From positions 1 to 45,745 of the forward strand of contig JALAIB010000026.1 of the NCBI GenBank assembly GCA_023645945.1: a DNA stretch of 45,745 nt, read 5' to 3'. The position numbers and the translations under genes were made by a program. Numbering within the stretch: position 1 is the stretch's first letter; every line of letters starts with the position of its first letter. Origin of the DNA: Diploschistes diacapsis (taxonomy: Eukaryota). Below the pieces are notes generated by a model. That model had not been told where the DNA came from and did not search any database. It worked only from the letters and a program-made list of their open reading frames with translations. This document shows positions 1 to 12,443 of this stretch, piece by piece.

Positions 1-742
1 GCTTACCGCCCTCGGTGTAGATTGTGTCCATGCTGGGCAAGCTGGGAGGCTGGGGGAGGCTGGAGCTTCTTGGATTCGTGTGGCCCAAAACTCGGGGCCT
101 TTGTTCTTGGGATGTCCCACTTTTGCAACTGTTGCAGGTCCGGTGGATTTGTCTCTACGACAACAACAAAAAGATATTGTTCAAATACTTTGTTCCCGGT
201 CTTTGCGGCGTTAAGAAAGGTCTCATTCTCTCATCCTCCTGCTACGGATGCCAACAGCTCCGTTTAAAGTATCTATCTAGCTTATCTAAAGCATCCCGCA
301 AAGCTCAAATGATGCTTAGACAGTTTAATACGGAGTAATCTTAATATCCTGCTACCACGCACGCACGTACCTCCTGCCCTCCTACCCTCCTACCCTCCTA
401 CCCCCCTATCTCTATAGCATCGAATACGCCATCCCATCCGAGTCAGCCCCTCCGCCAATCCGTCTGGAGCCTTGTGCACTCAAGCCTCTATTTAAGCCTG
501 AACAACTGTCTCTTGCTTGCTTCCCTAGGCTGCAGCCAGGTTGATGCTACGCGTATCACAGCCTCGGCTTGGCCGGTAGGAAAACGACATTGGAGCTGCA
601 ACTGATAGGGGACTTATCTGTCGTACGGAGCTTACCTACGCAGTTATTATATCATAGCATGAACTACAGCTTCTTGAGCCCTAAGATATCCATCCGAAAT
701 TTGCAAGTCGCTGTATGATACGTCAATCTTCCCTGAGCCACC

Positions 743-3700
743 ATGGTCCGCATAGCTATCCCACAGCGACTGAAGAGCCATAACGCCAGCAGGTCGAACA
801 GCAGGAACTCAAGTCCTGCTCGGCACTCCGGTAACACGCTGCTTCTGAGGACTGCCGTCTTGAGAGTACCGACTCCTCCAGGAACCCCATTTCAAAAAAC
901 CGTCTAACAACGCTTACTAGGGCCGCAACCTTGCTGCTAAGGATAAGAGCGGGACAAGCGATCCGGTAGGACCTCCATACGTTGTACCAGCAAAGTGCTC
1001 ATCATTTCTAGTATCTCGTTGTCACTTTGGGCGAAAGTAAGCAGTCAACGCCTTCGATCAGTAAAACCCTGAACCCCGAATGGTACGAAACATTCGACCT
1101 ACTCATTACTGGGCCACGATGCCTCCTTCTGGAGGCCGTATGTTGGGACAAGGACCGCTTTGGAAAAGATTACATGGGGGAGATTGACATAGCCGTTGAG
1201 GACCTCTTCGTCAACGGCAATACGTGCTTGGAGGTACTCGCTTCCCTTGTTCTATGAAACGCATACTCACCCTGGCAGCCACAGTGGTTCACCCTCAAGT
1301 CGAAGCGGGGTGACGCCAAAAGGAAGGGCTCTCGGGTATCGGGAGAGATTCAATTCCGGTTCAATCTTATAGATCCTGCCAACCCTAGCGCTACGGGTGT
1401 CGACATCCTACAAAAATTTCGCGCAATCACTGGTGGTTCCCCCAGCGAAGAGAAGGATGAAGATTTGGCTCTTGCGGAAATGGATAGTAAGGACGATGAT
1501 GACGACGAGGAAGAAGAGGATATTTCTGACGAAACCGAGGATCCATCAACCCCAGAGGCTGTGGAAAAGCGGAAGAGAAGGCTTCGCCTCAAGAGGCTCA
1601 AGAAGAAGGTAAAGGCGCGGGCGTACGAGTTCTCTGGAGGGTCTGACTGCGTTGGAATTATCTTCCTGGAGATTGGGAGGATCACCGACTTGCCACCTGA
1701 AAGAAACGGCATGTGGAATATCGAGTTTCTTATGCAATTGCTGACGGGCCTGCAGCGACGAGAACTTCTTTCGATATGGATCCCTTCGTAGTTGCTTCTC
1801 TAGGCCGCAAGACATTCCGAACGAAGATCATCCGGCATAACCTAAACCCAGTGTACAACGAAAAGATGGTCTTTCAAGTTATGCGCCACGAGCAGCAATA
1901 CTCAATGACCTTCTCAGTTGTTGATAGGGACAAGTTATCAGGAAACGACTTTGTGGGGACAGCAGATTTTCCAATCTCAAACTGGATCCAAAACGCTCCG
2001 GACCCAGACCCAGAGACCGGCCTGTATCCGCACAAAGCACCTCCCTCGGAGCCGCTCGCAACAACAGCAGCCAGCAAGTCGAGATTCCGCTTACCCCTCT
2101 CTCGTTCACCGTCTTCTCAAAGCTTGAAAACACTCGGGAAGCCTCTTGCGAGTCCACGGATTGGAGGCCCGTCGGAAGGGCCTCCAACACCCCTCAAAGG
2201 CTACTTCCAGCTGGACGTGCCGTCCCCGGGTTCGAGCGTGACCGGTGGTCCTAGTCTCGCTGCAGCTTCACCTGACCCAAATCTGCTCACGCATGTTGCA
2301 AGTAATGTTTCACACGCAGGTGACGATACTGCGCCTACTACTTCTTTACCTTCAGACGACCCAGACCTGAAGGCGTATACACTCCCCGTTACTTTGAAGA
2401 ACAAGGAGAAGTGGAGCAAGCATTCACCGCTACTTTATGTGAGAGCCAAGTATCTGCCATATCCTGCTTTGAGGCAGCAGTTCTGGCGTTCGATGCTAAA
2501 ACAGTATGATGCCGATGATACCTCGACAATCAGCAAGGTCGAGCTAACTACTATGCTGGATAATTTGGGCTCTACCTTGAAAGAATCAACTATCGATCGG
2601 TTCTTCAACCGGTTTGCCGCTGAGAACGGTGGTACTGACGCCTCGGCCACAGATCTAACATTTGACCAAGCGGTCATCTGTTTGGAGGATCAACTTCAAA
2701 AGTCCCAAAGCAAGTCTGTTGGGGAAACGGTAAAGGGTTTTCTGCAAAGTCCTGAACCAATTCGGCACTTGGTACCAAGCATCCTCATGGCACCTAGGAC
2801 TCGAGTTGGGATCACAGAGAGATCAGAGGAGATTGAAGCTCCACCAAATGAGGACCCTAGTTCCCAGATGGTTCCGGCCATCGCACAGGACCCCATAGGT
2901 GCTCATGGCGAGAGCGGCGATCTCCTTGCAAAAGACGATTTGGCTGACGACCGTGAGGAGGAGCATATTATCGAAGTCCGAGAATGCCCCATCTGCCACC
3001 AACCACGGCTCAATAAGAGATCGGATGCGGATATCATCACTCATATAGCAACTTGCGCCAGTCACGACTGGAGGGCTGTGGACAATATCGTGATGGGCGG
3101 GTTCGTGACCTCGAGCCAAGCTCAGCGGAAATGGTACTCCAAAGTGATCACCAAGATTGGCTACGGCGGCTACAAATTGGGGGCAAATTCCGCAAACATC
3201 CTCGTTCAGGACAGAACCACAGGCCAAATCAACGAGGAACGGATGAGCGTTTATGTACGGCTAGGGATTCGCTTGTTGTACAAGGGTCTGAAAAGCAGAG
3301 AGATGGAGACCAAGAAAAGTATGTTTCCATCGATAGGTATTGAGTCTTGGTCCTAATCGCCCTTTCCAGTTCGAAATCTCTTAAAGTCTTTGAGCATGAA
3401 GCAAGGCAGGAAATTCGACGACCCGGCTTCAGCTAGCGAAATACAGCCTTTCATCAACTTCCACCAGCTGGATATGTCCGAAGTTCTCTTGCCCGTCGAC
3501 CGGTTCAAGAATTTCAATGAGTTCTTCTATCGCAAACTGAAGCCCGAAGCTAGGCCCGCCTCTGCGCCCGACAACGCCAAGATCATCACCTCGCCTGCAG
3601 ACTGCAGAACTGTTGTTTTCAATCGTATCGATGACGCAACGAGGATCTGGGTCAAAGGTCGCGGGTTCTCCGTTGCTCGCCTTCTCGGCGAGGCCTATCC

Positions 3701-4318
3701 AGAGGATGTCAAGCGATACACTGGTGGCGCCCTGGGAATATTCCGTTTGGCTCCACAGGACTATCATCGGTTCCACATTCCAGTTGACGGCGTTATGGGA
3801 GAGCCAAAGCTCATAGACGGCGAATACTACACCGTTAATCCCATGGCCATCCGATCGGCTCTTGATGTCTATGGTGAGAATATACGGGTCGTGGTTCCGA
3901 TCGACTCAGCGGTGCATGGAAGGGTCATGGTGATCTGCGTAGGTGCCATGATGGTCGGAAGTACTGTGATTACCAGACAGTCGGGCGAAAAGGTCGCCAG
4001 GGCAGAAGAGCTTGGGTACTTCAAGTTTGGTGGGAGCACGCTCTTACTAATCTTTGAACCCGGGAGCATGAAATTCGACGCCGATCTCACCGATAATTCT
4101 CGGGATGCCGTTGAGACTTTGGTAAGTTGCACATTGCGCGTACACGATCCTTTGGTACTAACGGGACTCCCCAGGTCCGTGCCGGGATGTCAATCGGCCA
4201 TAGCCCTGACCAGCCCCAATTTACGCCGGACATGCGGAAAGAGGAAAAGGACATCAGCAACGAAGAGCGCCAAGATGCGAAGCGCAGGATTGAGGGCAGT
4301 CTCGCTCCGAGGAATTAG
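743..4318 (+). CDS. PSD2: Phosphatidylserine decarboxylase proenzyme 2 (two C2 domains, EF-hand-like region, PSD domain)
   Basis: ATG 743. Introns 866-920, 966-1011, 1234-1278, 1709-1755 (GC-AG), 3319-3369, 4122-4174. C2 motifs GRNLAAKDKSGTSDPY, WDKDRFGKDYMG and DMDPFVV; catalytic region RLAPQDYHRFH; autocleavage motif FKFGGST; stop TAG 4316-4318. Confidence 0.95.
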
Positions 4319-4750
4319 TAGCGCCAAGGGGTTTCGATTGTACATTGAAGTTAGCGAATTGGGAGAAGCAACGCTTGTGCTAAGACTTTATGATTCACGA
4401 CGGCATGCCCTCAGCATGTAAAGAACCTTTATATACTGCGCAACCGACGACAGAGCCATCAGGCGGCAACCCGGAGGTCTCCCCTGGAAGCTTCATAGCC
4501 CACTCAAATTAGCTTTTCGCTTTAGCTTCTTTAGACTCACAGTCCCATGTCCAAAGAAAGTTTCCAAGGTCGCTCTTGAGAGACCACATAATAGCATGCG
4601 TCGCCACGCCGAATCGGTTTAGCATTGTTCAAATTAATGTCAAGAGGCCAAAAATATATAACGTGTTTGATGGGTTACTCGGCTACCCCCAGAACTCTGT
4701 CAATTTTGAATTACCACCGCCACCATTTTATTGTTGTTAAAGCGAATCCA

Positions 4751-4779
4751 AATATGAATATGAATATGAATATGAATAT
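4751..4779 (+). repeat. (AATATG)n microsatellite in an AT-rich spacer
   Basis: aatatg x4 plus a partial aatat, read directly. Confidence 0.85.
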
Positions 4780-4930
4780 TATATTATTTTGGGCATCGTA
4801 TGTGTTGAGGTCTAGGATATCTAGAAGTCTAATAAGAGTCCAACTAGGAGAGATACTCTACATGCAAGCTTTTTTATACCCGCGAGATCCATTAAGAGTT
4901 TAAGCCCTACAACCTTGCGCTACTCCCAAT

Positions 4931-6545
4931 TTGACCTTCTGGTATGAAGTTCTACTTTGATGTTATTTTACCTGGGAAATACGTCTTTAAGATTCAGGAT
5001 CTGCACAAGGAATATGGTATGCTTCTCATTACAACTGTTAATTAATGGGCATTGATGATTCTTTACCCCCTCTCGTGCTAACTATGTTCCTGACCCAGGC
5101 CCAATCATTAATGATCCTGACTACCTCGATACCGTATATGCTCCACCTTCTATCCGACGAGACAAATACGAGTATCATTTAAGGACGTTGAGAATCCCGG
5201 ACTCGATTGGAACGACTCCAGATTACCATTCGCACAAAAAGAGACGGGAAGCTCTACTTCCCTTCTTTGCTAGAAAAAACATGATCAGCCTTGAGCCTCT
5301 ACTACGAAGCAAAACAGAGCAACTTTGTCAGTTTGTGGCTGGTGACATCAAACGAGACGCTGTCACCAATCTTTCTAATGCATTTTTTGCTTTTACTACA
5401 GAGTAAGCGGCTGCCAGTAACTCTAAACTACGTTAGAGGCCGATCAATGTTCGCGTCACAACCAGTTTTTGTTTTGCTCATCAAGGCAACGTTCTAGGAA
5501 GCCCTGCTACTGCTTCGGCTTTATGGCGCAACAGTAACCAGTTGCTCTTGGGCATTAAGGTGAACCAGCACTTTCCGTGACTTCCCAATATCTTGAAGTC
5601 CCTTCCACTTCCTTGGAGTAGGCCGGTTACGCCGCCAGGTCTTCTTGACATGATGGAACTCTCTGGAGTATGTTTATATAGGATATGTGTATTGGTCAAG
5701 CTAAGCTTCTTCATAGAGAGTGCAGAGCTAGCTCCTTGAGCTTTTCAAAGAAAACGGTTTAAAAGCCAGTGCAGGATAAAATACGCATTCAGCAAAAGAA
5801 AACGATCTTTTTTCCATACAGCGCTAGAAAGCGCTCTACCTCCTCAAGAGAAGTCTCTTCCAGACTAACAAAGTAAGGCACATTGCTTGTTTTAGCGGGT
5901 GAGTTGTACTGTGAGTCCCTAGTAAGTCTCTAACAATCAACCTCAGGTTCTGAATCGCCTGCCAGGATCCTGACGACAATATTCTATCACCTTTTGGTCA
6001 ATCCCCACGTTCTAGCAAAGCTTCATGAAGAACTCCAAACTCTTTCATCAGCAGCATCCTGGACCCAACTAGAGCAACTACAATACCTATCTGCCATAAT
6101 CGAGGAAAGGAACCGTTTGTCGTTTGGAGTAACAGCACGATTAGCTCGCATCGCTCCTGATGCGCTGCAGTATGGGGCCCATAGTATACCTGCTGGAACA
6201 CCCATCAGTATTACAACCCTGAGTGTGCACGCTGATGAGTCAATTATTCCCAACCCGTACAAGTTTGTTCCCGAGCGCTGGCTGGGTTCTGATGGGGCAG
6301 GTCTTCGGAAGTACCAAATGGCTTTCAACCGTGGAGGCCGTGAGTGTATAGGCATTGAGCTAGCAAAGGCGGAGCTATTTCTTGCAACCGCGGCGTTGGT
6401 ACGCCGGTTTGATATGACCTTGTTCGAGACCGAACTTGATGACGTCACTTTTCTCCATGACTATCAGGTAGGAATAGGAAAGCTAGACTCCAAAGGCATG
6501 CAAAGTTACAGCAGAAGCGAGACTAAACATATGACAAGCTATTGA
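4931..6545 (+). pseudogene. Cytochrome P450 pseudogene (resembles Tri4/CYP58-type fungal P450s)
   Basis: Recognisable segments TFWYE/[26 protein letters not shown], I-helix LAGSESPA, ExxR (ERNR), PERW and haem motif FNRGGRECIG. Lesions: missing 5' end, +1 frameshift near 4949, TGA 5578-5580, frameshift near 5860 and TAA 5874-5876. Confidence 0.9.
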
Positions 6546-6761
6546 GAAATACGAAGATCCTACAGGGACGATTCTTTCATCAGTGATTCAAAACTTTGAC
6601 TGAAACATAAGATATTGTCTGGTAGAAAACTGATGCATACGTAGATCTTTGCTCTTCAGATTTTTCTCGCTCGCTACATTTCTCAAGGAGAAAAAGAAGA
6701 GAGGTAACATGGTTGAATGATGAGGATGACCCCTGGCTCACCTTTTCGGAGGTCATTATTC

Positions 6762-6855
6762 TAGGTTTGGCGACCTGGCCTAATCCTAAAGCGGCTAAAA
6801 TCCCTTTTCAAACGGGATTAGGCCGTTTTAGGGTTAAACCAGACTGCCAAGCCTG
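6762..6855. mobile_element. Degenerate fold-back / MITE-like inverted repeat
   Basis: Arms 6762-6804 and 6814-6855 are reverse complements around a 9-nt loop; ends read TAGG.../CAGG... inward. No TSD seen. Confidence 0.6.
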
Positions 6856-7260
6856 AAGTGGAGAATTTACTTGCCTCTAGTGTCGTATTATTTACGGTAA
6901 GATACCGATGTATTTTTTGTTACCTAAGCTCGGGTATTATTAGGGCGGCGAGCGCATATGCCAAGACCAAAACATCGCGGACTGGTTTTCTCTCGCTGTT
7001 TCTCCCTTCAACACCGGGGTTGGAGCGAATTAATATAGTTACCGGTGGATAATTCATTCATTCCTACAGCATCGTGGGACCGTTCTCCTCTATAGCCGTA
7101 CCGGGCCAGGCAAACTGTGTAATCGGTGCACCTATTTCTTGCGCGAATGCCCGTCACCCGTCGTTGGAAGTCCCGCGACGCAGGATTCTGCAGACCCAGC
7201 AACGGCCACAAAACTGTCTAGGGATCGCGTAAAGAATTAGAAATCTTGCGAGAATTATCA

Positions 7261-9097
7261 ATGACAGCCTACGCGACGCGCTCGCCGTTACAACTGCTTA
7301 CGAATACGCACTACGTGATGGTCGAGCAGCGGCAGAGCGACAGGAGAGCGAGCGCGAGATTGCGAGAAAAGGAAGATGTTCCAGCGACGAACGGGACTGC
7401 GCATGCGCAGGACAAGTCGAAGAATACATCGAGGCAGCCAAAAGCGAATGCGAACGGCGTGGCGGCGGAAGGTCGAGCACGATTAAAGAGGAAGCCAGGT
7501 ACGCTCACGCTGGGCATCAAAGTAACGCGTTTGCGGCGTGTGGCTCGCAGCGAAACGATTGTCCTCGGCAAAGTTGCTGGCCCATGGCGGATGCTGACGA
7601 GCTTACAGAATACGATGAAGAGGACGATGGGTTTATGTTCACCAGAGCAAAGTCGAAGCGAACGAAAGTGGTACCAGCCGCCCAGGCCTCAGAACCCAAA
7701 CCGTTACCCTCGAAACGGGTTTCGAAAAAGAATCCGGAGCCGATTGCGCCGGAACCGAAGGACAGCACAGATGCTGCACCGCGGAGGAGAAGCACGAGGA
7801 ACAGCGGTGATAAGTCCATAATCGAACCATCGGAGCTGCCAATACCGAAAAGGCGACCGAAGCGTACTTCTATCGGATCGGCCCAAAAGACGAAGGAAAG
7901 CGAGCCCTCTCAGGGAGGGCAGGATGCGGTGCCACGGACGGCCCATGCTATTAACAGATCGCACACTCCAGATCAGAGACAATTTTCAAGCGACATTACC
8001 AAGATTGCCCTTCCCTTTGCCGACACGCCCATCATCCGACGCAACAAAGAGATGCGGAAAGGGAGCGGTGAAGCTCGACGGAGCAGCTTGAGTAACCGAG
8101 GTCGAAGAGCAAGCTCTCTCATTGATAGTGGAACATCTAACGGTTGGTTTCATCTCTTTCTCGTTGAGTCTGCTGCATGCTAACGATGCCAGCCCTTCCG
8201 CACGAAGAGGTTGAGGCTGCAGATTTCTACAGACATATTGAGAGTGGTTTGTTGGAGCCCAGGAGGATGCGGCAGCTGCTCATCTGGTGTGGGACAAGAG
8301 CTTTGGGCGAGAAACCGTCATTCGCAACAGAAGATGGGCCCGCGCGATTAGCAGGTGAGCAGTTAATGTATCGAAAACAGCTACCGTGTCTGATTCGGAT
8401 TAGCGCGCGAAATACAACAGCAGCTCCTCAAAGACTTTTCCTCGAAATCGGAATTATCAGATTGGTTGAGCAGGGTGAGCAAGACTTTCCAGATCGCGGC
8501 ATGTCACAATGCTGAAAATCTAACTAGGAAGTGCCACCGGCGCAGCCGCAGCCCCTGAAGCCGAACCCGAAAAACATAGCAAATCTTGCTAAGATCGAGG
8601 AACTGGAGCAAAAGCTGCGGCAGTAGGTTATCATAGATCTACGTTGCGTTGCAGAAAGCCGTGGGGTTTAATACTTTTCTAGGTTACAGGAAGAACGAAA
8701 GACGTGGGAAGCCCTGCTTCGTCCGCCTGCCGAACCACTACTACCGCCTCTTCCAGATCAACTGCTGTCAGTCTCCTCATTATCCGTGGATCAGCATATA
8801 TCTGCCGCTCTGGCTTCCCTACAAAATCAGCCAAATCCCTCGGCCATCGAGCTCTCTACAAGTGTACGGGAACGAGTCACAATTGGGGCGCAAACAGTCC
8901 AGGACGAAGCCGACAAGCTCGTCGAGAGTGTCAACAGTCTACAGACACATCTGGCAGCTGCAGAGGACGTAGGAAGAAAATGTCTTGGAGGGGCAGCTCG
9001 AATACTGGAGGAGAGGGATAGAAGGGCGACGGACAAAGAAGGGGCGGTGGGTGTGAGGGACGTCCTGAGAGGATTAAGTCGGGTAGCGGAGCGATGA
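7261..9097 (+). CDS. Kinetochore Mis12-complex subunit, Mis13/Dsn1 family
   Basis: Motifs YDEEDDGFMFTR, IALPFADTPIIRRNKEMRK, RRSSLSNRGRRASSLIDSG, LEPRRMRQLLIWCG, SDWLSR, PNPKN. Introns 7499-7608, 8143-8192, 8355-8403, 8475-8527, 8623-8682. Confidence 0.85.
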
Positions 9098-9562
9098 TAT
9101 CCCTTTCCGAATAGGAGTTTTGTGTGGGCTGTGGATGGTACCGGAGCCGATTTCCTTATGCTTGTTATGGTTTTGACGAAGCATGAAATGGTATCACGAA
9201 GCCCTGCAATTTACGAGCCCAAGGGGGTTTTCAAGGCGCTGTTGCCGCACAGAGAGGAACAACGTGGGCACACTGGCTTCCTTTGAGATTGGGTAACTAC
9301 ATGTAGGAAAGCGTACTGGTGATTGATACCACTTGATGCTGCGATATAGTGGACTGGACAATGTTCATAGGTTGGCTGTGTCAGAAAGGGTTTTGAATGC
9401 TTCAAAGACAGATGAATGCCAAGGATCCCACTCTGCTCATCGCGGGGCAACATCATCATTATTATTAACACAGCTTCAAAATCTTTTGCTACAGACCTGT
9501 TCTAACTTCATATCCCCTCCCTGCTCGTACAAGTCAAGCGATAATTCAGCCTGTCAGCCATC

Positions 9563-10659
9563 ATGTCCACGCTCCAGGAAATCACCTCTCAAGAATCTTT
9601 TTCCACCCATGTCTCCTCCCTCTCCCCAAAGACACTTCTCGCTCTCTCCTTCCATGCTCCGTGGGCCGCGCCTTGCGCGCAAATGCGCACCATCCTCGAA
9701 ACCCTCGCTTCCACCTACGCTCCTACCCATCCGCCCGAAATCTCCTTCGTTTCCATCGACGCCGAATCCCTGCCCGAAATATCAGAATCCTACGACGTCA
9801 CCGCCGTTCCCCTCCTCGTTCTCCAGCGGGATGGTAAGACGCTGGAGAGCATCTCCGGCTCCGACGCAGTAAAAGTACGCAGCGCAATCGAGCGACACTA
9901 CATCAGCAGCGAGGCCCGGGACAAGAAAGCCTCTCTTCCGCCAAAACTAGAGATCTTACACAGGCGGGACCAAGACCCCACGGCGCCAGAGAACAGCAGC
10001 ACCTACCACCACCCTGCAGCGGCCGCAACCAACGGCGCTGGCAACAGCACAGCCAAGAAGGACTCTATCGACGCCCCTTTTTCCTCCTCCGTTCCGCCCA
10101 CCGCGCCAAACCCCGTTCCGGAAGGCGGTTCCGGAACAGAGCCACACCAGGACGAGCTCGAGACGCGGCTGGCCGGCCTCGTCAAGGCCGCGCCCGTGAT
10201 GCTGTTCATGAAGGGCACGCCGAGCGCGCCGCAGTGTGGCTTCAGCCGGCAGCTGGTCGGCATCCTGCGCGAGCACGGGGTGCGGTACGGGTTCTTCAAC
10301 ATCCTGGCCGACGAGGACGTGAGGCAGGGCTTGAAGGTCTTCGCGGACTGGCCGACGTTTCCGCAGCTCTGGGTTGGAGGGGACTTGGTCGGGGGCTTGG
10401 ATATCGTAAGTTTTTCTACGCCCCCGCCCATTACTTTTCTTTTTTTTTCTTCCCCCTTCTCTTCTTCTTCTTCTGCTCCGCTTTCTACTTTCCCCACCCG
10501 CGCAGTTGGATCTGACTGGGGTTATCGGGACTGATGGTATCGTAGGTCAAGGAGGAGCTGGAGAATGATCCGGATTTCTTTCAGGAGTATTCGGTGAGGG
10601 GGGTCGGTGGCATGGCGGCACCAGAGGCGCAGAGGACTCCGCAGACGGCCAATGCGTAA
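9563..10659 (+). CDS. GRX4: Monothiol glutaredoxin Grx3/4 type (Trx-like domain plus CGFS Grx domain)
   Basis: WAAPC in the Trx domain; MKGTPSAPQCGFS, WPTFPQL and GGLDI in the Grx domain. Intron 10406-10545; last exon VKEELENDPDFF... ends at TAA 10657-10659. Confidence 0.93.
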
Positions 10660-11039
10660 GAGCGAGAGGGGTGGTCGGACGGGCAAACCGTACGATTTTG
10701 GGTGTCACGAAGGTCTACTTAGGGCTTTCTTCGGTGGGTAACGATGTAGCTTTTTCTTTTGTATGAGGTAGCATAGCGTGCGAGGGAAATTAATCACGAA
10801 CTTCAACGTCTGGTGGCTACGGCCAGATACCTGATGACTTGTTTTCAAGATCATTCGTTCCTGATATGTTCGGATATGATTATACTATACGGTAATGCTG
10901 TGCAGGCTTAAAATGCCGCACTTCACGGGGCTGTGTCATCTAACGAATGCAGGCACGTCTTCCGCTAGACCTCCAAACAATATCTTCTCACGCGCCCTCT
11001 GCGCCTCCTGCGGGAGTTCCCAAACCACCTATACCTGAG

Positions 11040-12443
11040 CTACGTCTTCCCCTCCGAGCCAGCCTCTGCAAAGACTCGGAATCGATCTCTGAGATAGTCG
11101 CCATCGACGTAGCAGCCCTTCAGCCACCTCTCGCCGCCCTCGTTGCTGAACGGTCGGCGAGCATGGAGGACCCGCCTGTTATTAAAGACTACACAGGTCC
11201 CTTCCTCTAGCTTCGTCTCAAACACGGCAGACTCTTCACACAATAGCCTCTTGAAGGCGTTGGCCGCTTCGACGTACCGACCAACTGAGATCGCGTTTCC
11301 GCTGCGGTTTGTTGGGTCTACTTGTTCCAATGGTCCCTGGAACGGGGGCGACCAGTTAATGGTTTCGTAGTCCTTCGGATACTCGTACCTGCGGCGAGCT
11401 TCAGGCTTACTTCTCGATTGTATTTGTGAACCGCCCTCGATGAATCGACGTGTCTTTTGAAACCAGTGTCCGTTGTTCTTGTAGTAGTACGTTATAGGAA
11501 ATTCGACCAACGGCTGAACGAGCTCGGGATGTTCTGTCTGCAGCCTTTCGAAAGCTCGGACCCCGTCCGCGAATCGAGACTCGCCGCCTTGTGTGCTCTG
11601 TTTGATGCAGTGCAAAAGCTGAACGTACGGTGGATCGACCATGTACAGCAGATCCATGTGGAAATCGAGGTCGTCGGCCGTGTAAGCAACGTTGATTGGC
11701 GAGGGTGTGGACTTGACGTCCCAGGTCTCACCGTAGAACGTGTGCTTGAGCGGTCCTATCCTCTCGGCCAGTCCTCTGATAGCAGTTTCGGTGGGGGGCA
11801 CGGCATCAATGAAAGCAAGACCGAAACTATGCAGTTTATTGACCAATTGCTGCAGAGTCCCAGCATTTCCCATGTAGTCTTGGTACTGGAAGTGTAGAGT
11901 ATTGAGGTTCCTTTCAAGCATATTTCTGTTCCAGGCCACGTAGTCCCAAAAGTTATACGAGGCTCGCATGTGCCTCTCTAGACTCGAGGCGTTATTCAGG
12001 AACTCGCGAGAAAAAACACTACGATGGTCCACATAGCGACAAATGTCATTGTCCCAGCATACCTCGAGACCGCCTTCAGGAAGCCATCTGGAACCTCGCA
12101 CAGATATCCCCAAAGGCACTTCGGATGTCTCGAAGAGCTTCTGTCTTGTCGAAACGTTCACGCAACGAGGGCACGTGCATGAGTCACGAAGGTAGAGCGT
12201 GTCGAAGCATGTCTCATTCAGAGGGTCTCCGGGTGCCCCAATTTTAATATGACTGGAATTTGAAGGCCTAGTGCTAATGCTCTTCCAGTGGCCGTGCTTC
12301 ATAGCCTTGGAAGCATTTCTCATGGACCTTCCGTTTCCCAGCAGCCTACTTCTGGTTTGGCATGCCCTGACGTGAGGAATGAACTTTCTGGATAGAGCCG
12401 GAAGGCTGGACTTCCGTTGCTGGATTATGAACGGTGTCATCAT
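11040..12443 (-). CDS. Gamma-butyrobetaine dioxygenase-like Fe(II)/2-oxoglutarate dioxygenase (TauD family, Aim17-like), probably mitochondrial
   Basis: Intronless ORF, first ATG at 12443, basic N-terminus. GBBH N-terminal zinc motif LRDSCTCPRC; NVAYT...DFHMD (HxD); FNNRRVLHARRPF; RWLKGCY. Confidence 0.88.
   Translation of the reverse strand: MMTPFIIQQRKSSLPALSRKFIPHVRACQTRSRLLGNGRSMRNASKAMKHGHWKSISTRPSNSSHIKIGAPGDPLNETCFDTLYLRDSCTCPRCVNVSTRQKLFETSEVPLGISVRGSRWLPEGGLEVCWDNDICRYVDHRSVFSREFLNNASSLERHMRASYNFWDYVAWNRNMLERNLNTLHFQYQDYMGNAGTLQQLVNKLHSFGLAFIDAVPPTETAIRGLAERIGPLKHTFYGETWDVKSTPSPINVAYTADDLDFHMDLLYMVDPPYVQLLHCIKQSTQGGESRFADGVRAFERLQTEHPELVQPLVEFPITYYYKNNGHWFQKTRRFIEGGSQIQSRSKPEARRRYEYPKDYETINWSPPFQGPLEQVDPTNRSGNAISVGRYVEAANAFKRLLCEESAVFETKLEEGTCVVFNNRRVLHARRPFSNEGGERWLKGCYVDGDYLRDRFRVFAEAGSEGKT

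Noticed and set aside
4931..12443. P450 plus dioxygenase as a biosynthetic gene cluster
   Set aside because: No backbone synthase, the P450 is a pseudogene, and the genes between them are housekeeping.
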